Below, in pieces: positions 58,288 through 64,000 of a DNA stretch of 64,000 nucleotides. Positions within the stretch are counted from its first letter, which is position 1. The number at the start of each line of letters is the position of its first letter. A program made the position numbers and the translations under genes. Location: contig JAFGXX010000008.1 in NCBI GenBank assembly GCA_016936435.1, forward strand, positions 4,052 to 68,051, written 5' to 3'. The notes under the pieces are model-generated. The model ran no database searches. It had not been told where the DNA came from and worked only from the letters and a program-made list of their open reading frames with translations. Origin of the DNA: Bacteroidales bacterium. GTDB lineage: Bacteria; Bacteroidota; Bacteroidia; Bacteroidales; VadinHA17.

Positions 58288-59637
58288 ATGTCTAAAAGAA
58301 ATGTCGTCATCATTGGTGCGGCGGGTAGGGATTTTCATAATTTCAATACCTGCTTCAGGGATAATGGAAATTATAACGTAGTAGCCTTCACGGCAGCACA
58401 GATTCCAGATATCGACGGAAGAAAATATCCCGGGGAACTTGCCGGAAGTCTTTATCCGGAGGGGATCCCGATTTTCGCCGAGCAGGACCTGCCTGAAATA
58501 ATAACGAAATATAAAGTCGATGATTGTGTCTTTTCCTACAGTGATGTGACATATAATAAAGTAATGGCGGTGAGTGCCATAGTTAATGCCGCAGGTGCCA
58601 GTTTTATGCTTATGGGACCAGGTCCGACCATGATCAAAAGTGAAAAACCGCTTATTGCAGTGGGAGCAGTCAGAACAGGCTGCGGTAAAAGCCAGACATC
58701 GCGAAGGGTCATAGAACTCCTTATGTCAAAAGGACTTAAGGTGGTAGCTGTCCGTCATCCCATGCCCTATGGAGACCTTTTTGCCCAGAAGGTACAGCGT
58801 TTTGCAACTATCGGTGACCTGGAAAAACATAAATGTACCGTCGAAGAGATGGAGGAATACGAACCACATGTTGTACGTGGTAATGTAATCTATGCAGGCG
58901 TTGATTATGAGGCCATCCTGCGGCAGGCAGAAAAAGACCCGGGAGGCTGCGACGTGGTGGTATGGGATGGTGGTAATAATGACTTTCCTTTTTATAAACC
59001 CGACCTGATGATTACCGTTACCGATCCCCACAGGGCAGGTCATGAACTGATGTATTACCCCGGCGAAGTAACACTCAGACTGGCAGATGTAGTCATCATA
59101 AATAAGATAGATACTTCGGCTCCCGATGATATTCAGACAGTCAGGAACAGTATTGAGAAAGTCAATCCTGGTGCTGTCGTGATCGATGGCGCTTCGCCCA
59201 TAAAGGTTGATGACCCTTCGGTTATAAGAGGTAAAAAAGTGCTTGTTGTTGAGGACGGTCCGACACTCACTCACGGTGAAATGAAGATCGGTGCCGGTGT
59301 TGTTGCAGCCCGCAAGTTCGGCGCTGAAGGACTTGTGGATCCGAGACCTTATACCGTCGGACGACTTACCGAGACCTTCCGTCTCTATCCCGGAATAGGA
59401 ACACTGCTTCCCGCCATGGGCTATGGAGAACAACAGCTGCGCGACCTCGAAACAACGATCAACAATACTGAGTGCGACAGTGTGGTAGTTGCAACACCTA
59501 TCGACCTTACGAGGATCATAAAGATAAACAAACCCAATACCAGGGTCTATTATGATCTTCAGGAAATAGGTGAACCAAACCTTTCACAGGTTCTCGACGA
59601 TTTCATCATAAAATTTAAATTAATTGGGAAGAAATAA
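58288..59637 (+). CDS. P-loop protein resembling cyclic 2,3-diphosphoglycerate synthetase / uncharacterised GTPase-like family
   Basis: 449 aa. N-terminal Rossmann-like VVIIGAAGRDFHNFN and the P-loop GAVRTGCGKSQTS. The family call is from memory of annotations and has not been searched. Confidence 0.5.
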   Translation: MSKRNVVIIGAAGRDFHNFNTCFRDNGNYNVVAFTAAQIPDIDGRKYPGELAGSLYPEGIPIFAEQDLPEIITKYKVDDCVFSYSDVTYNKVMAVSAIVNAAGASFMLMGPGPTMIKSEKPLIAVGAVRTGCGKSQTSRRVIELLMSKGLKVVAVRHPMPYGDLFAQKVQRFATIGDLEKHKCTVEEMEEYEPHVVRGNVIYAGVDYEAILRQAEKDPGGCDVVVWDGGNNDFPFYKPDLMITVTDPHRAGHELMYYPGEVTLRLADVVIINKIDTSAPDDIQTVRNSIEKVNPGAVVIDGASPIKVDDPSVIRGKKVLVVEDGPTLTHGEMKIGAGVVAARKFGAEGLVDPRPYTVGRLTETFRLYPGIGTLLPAMGYGEQQLRDLETTINNTECDSVVVATPIDLTRIIKINKPNTRVYYDLQEIGEPNLSQVLDDFIIKFKLIGKK

Positions 59638-59646
59638 GGGTACACA

Positions 59647-59759
59647 AAGTTACACAGAGAACCACAGAGAACCACAGAGAACCACAGAGCTTTTATTATA
59701 AGTTCAACTCTGTGTCAGCCTGAGCGACGCGAAGGCCTCTGTGGCTCTCAGTGTAAGTT
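59647..59759. repeat. ~113-nt palindromic intergenic element with imperfect ~23-nt terminal inverted repeats
   Basis: Left arm aagttacacagagaaccacagag (59647-59669). The right arm at 59736-59759 reverse-complements to aacttacactgagagccacagagg, about 20/23 matching. The element fills the gap between two convergent stop codons. Confidence 0.7.
59651..59690. repeat. Four tandem 10-bp units (ACCACAGAGA consensus)
   Basis: tacacagaga accacagaga accacagaga accacagagc, read directly from the sequence. Confidence 0.9.
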
Positions 59760-59764
59760 CTTTA

Positions 59765-60844
59765 TTATCTTCTTACCCTTGCATTTCCTTTCCAGATGCT
59801 CCACACCTGTTCCTCGTCGGCCGGCTCTCCATAGTCGGTCACCACTGTTGTCGCAAGTGCTCCTGTGGCCCATCCGAACTGTATCCACTTTTCAGGCTCC
59901 CATCCCTTCAGTATCCCGTACAGCAAGCCTCCTACAAATCCGTCGCCACCACCTATCCTGTCGAGAACATGTATTTCGCGGGGCTCAACAACATGCCAGT
60001 TATCACCTTCGAGCATGATAGCTCCCCACAGGTGCTCATTGGTACTGATAACCTGCCTCAATGTTGTTCCAAAAACCGAAGCGCCCGGATATGTTTTCTT
60101 TACCCTGGTTATCATCTCCTTGAAGCTGTCGATCTTTGCAGCCAGGTCTTTACCTCCTTCTTCTGGACCCTGTATCCCGAGGCAAAGCTGAAAATCTTCC
60201 TCGTTGCCAACCAGGATATCGGAAACGGAAGCTATCTCACTGAAGGTCTCTGCCAGTTCCTTCTCCCTGTTTTTCCAGAAAGAGGCCCTGTAATTCAGAT
60301 CGAAAGAAATGCGGGTGCCGTATTTCTTTGCCGCCCTTGCCAGTTCAAGACAGAAATTGCTCGTTTCAGGTGAAAGAGCTCCTATAAGTCCTGAAAGATG
60401 CAATACCTGAACTCCTTCCTGACCGAAAATCCTTTCAAGATCAAAATCTTTCACGTTGAGTGTCCTGCCCACTTCACCAGCCCTGTCGTTCTGAACCCTC
60501 GGGCCGCGGGAACCGTATCCTGCGTCGGCAATATTGAACTGATGGCGGTAACCCCAGGGACCACCCTGATCAACTTCAACGCCTTCATAAGCCATATGAC
60601 GACCTGCAAGGTTGTCCTTGATCATCCGTGCTATCGGACTGTCTTTAACAAAAGTTGTCAGCACCTTAACCGGAAGTCCTAAAAAGGAAGAAACACTTGC
60701 CACATTCGATTCGGCACTCGAAACGTGCATCATGAACATGTTGCTGCAATGTACCGGCTGGCTGTTAACCGGTGTAATCCTTACTCCCATGCTGGTGGGA
60801 ACTACCAGTGACCATCTGAAGTTTTTCCTGAGCTCTATTTTCAT
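59765..60844 (-). CDS. PfkB-family sugar kinase (2-keto-3-deoxygluconate kinase-like)
   Basis: 359 aa. Ribokinase-fold motifs including DRIGGGDGFVGGLLYG near the C-terminus. Confidence 0.8.
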   Translation of the reverse strand: MKIELRKNFRWSLVVPTSMGVRITPVNSQPVHCSNMFMMHVSSAESNVASVSSFLGLPVKVLTTFVKDSPIARMIKDNLAGRHMAYEGVEVDQGGPWGYRHQFNIADAGYGSRGPRVQNDRAGEVGRTLNVKDFDLERIFGQEGVQVLHLSGLIGALSPETSNFCLELARAAKKYGTRISFDLNYRASFWKNREKELAETFSEIASVSDILVGNEEDFQLCLGIQGPEEGGKDLAAKIDSFKEMITRVKKTYPGASVFGTTLRQVISTNEHLWGAIMLEGDNWHVVEPREIHVLDRIGGGDGFVGGLLYGILKGWEPEKWIQFGWATGALATTVVTDYGEPADEEQVWSIWKGNARVRR

Positions 60845-60900
60845 AAATTTTATTTTTAATGATTAAAATTTCAAGTTAGTGGTTAAAAAGATCTTATAGC

Positions 60901-62247
60901 TCAGTGCTTAAGTCTTTCCCTTAGTTTTTTACCTGCTTCTTCGAAGCCCGGCTTGCTGAGCAGAGCAAACATATTTTTTTTATAAGCCTCAACACCAGGC
61001 TGGTCAAAAGGATTTACATCGAGAATGTAACCGCTTATTGCACAAGCCATTTCGAAGAAATATATAAGTTGTCCGGCATAATATTCGTTCAGAGCCGGAA
61101 CCTCGATCCTTATTACGGGAACACCGCCGTCGTTGTGTGCAAGTATAGTCCCTGATTCCGCTGAACTGTTAACTTCTGAAAGTCTTTTTCCTGCCAGATA
61201 ATTTAATTCGTCGGAATTTTCCTTCTCTTCACGGATTACGATCTTGCCTGAGAAACTTTTTACTGAGATCATGGTTTCAAAGATCATTCTCTGTCCTTCC
61301 TGGATATACTGACCGAGAGAATGAAGATCTGTCGTGAAATCAACAGATGCGGGGAAGATACCTTTTCCATCCTTTCCTTCGCTTTCACCATAAAGCTGTT
61401 TCCACCATTCCAGGAAATAATGGAGCCGTGGAGTGAAGCCTGCGAGTATTTCCACCGGCCTTCCCGACTGGAGCAGGAGATTTCGTGCCGCGGCATAAAG
61501 CAGTGAGGGATTTGTAGGGGAGTTATGATTATTTCTTGTTATTTCAGCCATGGCCCTGGCTCCCTTTACCAGTTCTCTTATGTCGCAACCGCTCACTGCA
61601 ACGGGAAGAAGACCTACAGGAGAAAGCACCGAATAACGGCCTCCGATGTTATCGGGTATAACGAAAGTATCATACCCGTTCAGCTCCGAGAGCGTCCTGA
61701 GAGCTCCTTTCGAGCTGTCGGTAATGGCAATTATCCTGTCGGCAGCCTTTTCTTTCCCTATCTTCTTTTCAAGATGATCCTTTATTATCCTGAAGGCTAT
61801 AGCCGGTTCGGTGGTCGTTCCCGATTTTGATATCACTATTACGGAATAATCCCTCTCGTTGAGAATATCAAGCAGGTTTGCCATATAATCTTCACAGATG
61901 TTCTGTCCTGCATAAATAATATCATGGTGCTTCCCTTTTCTGAATGATGAAAAAGAATGCGACACCGCCTCAATTACTGCCCTGGCTCCAAGATAAGAAC
62001 CTCCGATGCCAATGACAACGGTGAGATCGGAAACATGTCTGAGATGTTCAGCTTTCTTTTCTATCCGGTCAATTTGCGGAAGGATATCGTCGTGAAGGCT
62101 AAGCCATCCAAGAAAATCGTTTCCGGCTCCTGTGCCGGCATTAAGAGCATCAAGATGTCGGACCGACTGTTGTGCAAGAGCCAGTATCTCTTCACCGGAT
62201 ACGAAATCTCCTGTATTTTTAAGGTTGACGGATATATTTTCTTTCAT
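60901..62247 (-). CDS. pgi: Glucose-6-phosphate isomerase
   Basis: 448 aa with IGIGGSYLG, ISKSGTTTEP and GGRYS. Confidence 0.94.
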   Translation of the reverse strand: MKENISVNLKNTGDFVSGEEILALAQQSVRHLDALNAGTGAGNDFLGWLSLHDDILPQIDRIEKKAEHLRHVSDLTVVIGIGGSYLGARAVIEAVSHSFSSFRKGKHHDIIYAGQNICEDYMANLLDILNERDYSVIVISKSGTTTEPAIAFRIIKDHLEKKIGKEKAADRIIAITDSSKGALRTLSELNGYDTFVIPDNIGGRYSVLSPVGLLPVAVSGCDIRELVKGARAMAEITRNNHNSPTNPSLLYAAARNLLLQSGRPVEILAGFTPRLHYFLEWWKQLYGESEGKDGKGIFPASVDFTTDLHSLGQYIQEGQRMIFETMISVKSFSGKIVIREEKENSDELNYLAGKRLSEVNSSAESGTILAHNDGGVPVIRIEVPALNEYYAGQLIYFFEMACAISGYILDVNPFDQPGVEAYKKNMFALLSKPGFEEAGKKLRERLKH

Positions 62248-62282
62248 ATCAATAAAATTTTTTTGCGAACAGGCTGATATGG

Positions 62283-62290
62283 CAAAATTA
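62283..62290 (-). promoter_or_regulatory. Candidate -7 promoter box (TAATTTTG on the minus strand) for pgi
   Basis: Exact TAnnTTTG match directly after the upstream terminator T-run, 35 nt before the pgi ATG. Confidence 0.4.
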
Positions 62291-62321
62291 AAAAAAAACC
62301 GTCAGGGTTTGTCCCGACGGT
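62290..62321 (-). terminator. Intrinsic terminator of the GIN-domain gene
   Basis: Minus strand reads ACCGTCGGG-ACAAA-CCC(T)GACGGT, a 9-bp stem with one bulge, followed by T9. Confidence 0.8.
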
Positions 62322-62357
62322 TTAAATAATGAGGGAATTATATGTTGTGAATGATGG

Positions 62358-63077
62358 TTATTTCCTATTTATGCCACCTGCGCTCGATGATCTTGCATCA
62401 ACTATTTCAGGATCTCCTTTGTAGTTGATATCTCCGGCGCTTGAGGCTCTTGCGACAAGCCTGCCTGTAACGAATATATCTGCATCACCGGCGCTGGAAA
62501 CATTTACATCGGCATCTTTAACTTTGAGGTTGAAGGCGTTAAGATCACCTGCACTGCTTAGATTTGCATCGAGGATATCAGCCTCTCCTGTCACCGTGAT
62601 ATCTCCTGAACTGCTGGCATTGGCGGTTATCTCAACTGCGTAAACTTCAACTTTGACATCTCCGGCACTTGTCGCCGAGAGTTTCAGCTTAGCGGTTTTA
62701 AGAGGCGTTATTCCCAGAACATCACCGGCGCTGGAGGTACCTATGTAATCTATCTCTTTCATGGTGACATGTACCTTCTTTTCCTCAGCATCACGGATGT
62801 TTGCATCAGTATAAATGTGAAGAGTGCCGTTCTTTACCTCTGTAAGAATGTATTCGTGAAGGTTATCATCAGCTTCAACAGCAAGTGAGCTGTTATCTCC
62901 CTGGCTGAGGATTACATCTATAGCCGAACTGGTGCTCACCCCCGTAAAATAATCCACGTTCCTTTCCTTTTTTACCACATTACCATTGCCGTGAACAGTC
63001 TTTCGAGGCTGACACTCGGCACAGCACAAAAGGCTGAACGACAGGGCTATTACTGCCAAATACCTGAAATTTTTCAT
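62358..63077 (-). CDS. DUF2807 / GIN-domain (putative adhesin-head-like beta-helix) lipoprotein
   Basis: 239 aa. Signal peptide with Cys (LLCCAEC). Seven roughly 20-aa-spaced S-[SA]-[AS]-G-[DG] repeats (SSAGD, TSAGD, SSSGD…). Confidence 0.75.
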   Translation of the reverse strand: MKNFRYLAVIALSFSLLCCAECQPRKTVHGNGNVVKKERNVDYFTGVSTSSAIDVILSQGDNSSLAVEADDNLHEYILTEVKNGTLHIYTDANIRDAEEKKVHVTMKEIDYIGTSSAGDVLGITPLKTAKLKLSATSAGDVKVEVYAVEITANASSSGDITVTGEADILDANLSSAGDLNAFNLKVKDADVNVSSAGDADIFVTGRLVARASSAGDINYKGDPEIVDARSSSAGGINRK

Positions 63078-63246
63078 GGTCTTCCTTTTTAGTTTTTAAT
63101 CAGTTTTCTGATAAAAAGACTTGATTAATACGGTAACGCTGCATTGTTTTATGCAAACTTTCAGAAAATTCTAAAGTACAAACCCGGAAATTATCATTAC
63201 CCTTGTTTTTAGTTTGTATCTTAGTGTTCCTAAAGATAATTCCGGA

Positions 63247-64000
63247 ATGAAAAAACGAAATATGCTTTTACTTTTTCCGGTACTCCTGATACCACTGGCA
63301 TGCAGCTCTCAGGAAGATCCGGATCTTAGATTATGGTATAAAAAACCTGCCGCAGTATGGGAGGAGGCTCTTCCCATCGGTAACGGACGCCTTGGTGCAA
63401 TGGTCTTCGGGGCGCCCTCGGTAGACCATATTCAGTTCAATGAAGAAACCCTCTGGACAGGAGAACCTCATGATTATGCACATGAAGGAGCATACAGCTA
63501 CCTTCAGCAGATAAGAACCCTGATATCGCAGGGAAGACAGAAAGAAGCCGAAGCTCTGGCTATGAAAGAATTCATGAGCGTCCCCCTGAGGCAAAAAAAA
63601 TATCAGCCCTTCGGTGATCTGTGGATAAGTTTTCCAGGACATCTTCAGGTGTCGGATTACATGCGTGAACTCGACCTGTCAACTGCAACATGCAGAACCA
63701 GCTACACTAAAGGAGATACTTCTTATGTAAGGGAATATATTGCCTCTTTTCCCGCTGATATGATAGCAGTACACCTAAGGTCAGACAAAAAGAAAGCTCT
63801 CACTTTCGACCTTATCCTGAGCTCTCCTCACGAAGAGACCTCTGTCATTGCTACCAGCGACGGATTTATAACCATGAATGTAAAGGTTAAAGAAGGAGTA
63901 CTGAGAGGCTGTTCCATGCTGGAGGTTAAGCTTAAAGGGGGTAACATTACAGCCTCTGGTACTAACCTGCGTGTCGAAAATGCCGATGAAGCGATGCTGA
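63247..64000 (+). CDS. GH95-family glycoside hydrolase (alpha-L-fucosidase-like), N-terminal part; 3' end lies outside the window
   Basis: Missing from the ORF track because no stop is reached. My translation gives MKKRNMLLLFPVLLIPLACSS…LWYKKPAAVWEEALPIGNGRLGAMVFGAPSVDHIQFNEETLWTGEP, a typical GH95 N-terminus with a lipoprotein signal. Confidence 0.8.
   Translation, partial: MKKRNMLLLFPVLLIPLACSSQEDPDLRLWYKKPAAVWEEALPIGNGRLGAMVFGAPSVDHIQFNEETLWTGEPHDYAHEGAYSYLQQIRTLISQGRQKEAEALAMKEFMSVPLRQKKYQPFGDLWISFPGHLQVSDYMRELDLSTATCRTSYTKGDTSYVREYIASFPADMIAVHLRSDKKKALTFDLILSSPHEETSVIATSDGFITMNVKVKEGVLRGCSMLEVKLKGGNITASGTNLRVENADEAML

Noticed and set aside
59651-59690. The tandem 10-bp repeats as a CRISPR array or other spaced repeat.
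   Set aside because: The units are contiguous with no spacers, only 10 bp long, and there are no cas genes. This is a simple tandem repeat within a palindromic element.
63184-63246. A long-range inverted repeat, CCGGAAATTATC … GATAATTCCGG, ending at the GH95 start codon.
   Set aside because: It gives only 11 bp with a bulge, mostly A/T pairs, and a ~40-nt loop. This is plausible by chance in AT-rich sequence, and there is no supporting motif.
1-64000. A search for mobile elements, prophage remnants, defence or toxin-antitoxin modules, CRISPR arrays or an obvious horizontally acquired island.
   Set aside because: No integrase, transposase, phage, restriction-modification, nuclease-NTPase defence or cas-like ORFs were recognised. 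All ORFs over 120 aa outside shadow frames have housekeeping or envelope assignments. By eye, composition looks uniform. I therefore do not claim a novel system in this window.

Overview
This is a densely packed, mostly housekeeping chromosomal segment that looks like Bacteroidota. The evidence is GH97/GH95/GH57 enzymes, a eukaryote-type GT3 glycogen synthase and GH13_8-type branching enzyme, recurring TAnnTTTG -7 promoter boxes, and few Shine-Dalgarno sequences. I call 52 protein genes (two cut by the window edges) and one tRNA-Leu(UAG). The blocks are: (i) 1-10.8 kb, an alpha-glucan/glycogen locus; (ii) ribF, ahcY, greA, HIT, comF, ruvC, an S41 peptidase, a DMT transporter, serS and rplU-rpmA; (iii) a DUF151 nuclease, GH97 and thyA-folA; (iv) tRNA-Leu-tig-clpP-clpX, lptB-tatC and recQ; (v) an arginine block, carB <> argR-argG-argH >< carA-patB; (vi) a 1037-aa ABCG-like transporter, rsmA, a MacB-like permease, purH and mreBCD-mrdA-rodA; (vii) acpH, a P-loop protein resembling cyclic-2,3-diphosphoglycerate synthetase, a PfkB kinase, pgi, a GIN-domain lipoprotein and a GH95 N-terminus. 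I found no transposases, integrases, CRISPR arrays, toxin-antitoxin pairs or recognisable defence genes. I see no convincing evidence for a new multi-gene system, so the window reads as ordinary core genome. The items most worth a second look are: a 1407-aa glycogen synthase (GT3) fused to an alpha-glucan phosphorylase (GT35), with both active-site signatures intact; histone-H1-like Lys/Ala tails on a GH57 enzyme and on ribosomal protein L21; strong terminator hairpins only 13-22 nt upstream of the greA, serS, tig and ABC-transporter start codons; seven convergent gene pairs with 0-11 nt gaps or overlapping stops; tandem ARG-box-like operators over the argR start; and two GC-rich palindromic repeat elements, in the argG-argH spacer and at 59.65-59.76 kb. 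All family assignments come from motif recognition by eye, not from searches.
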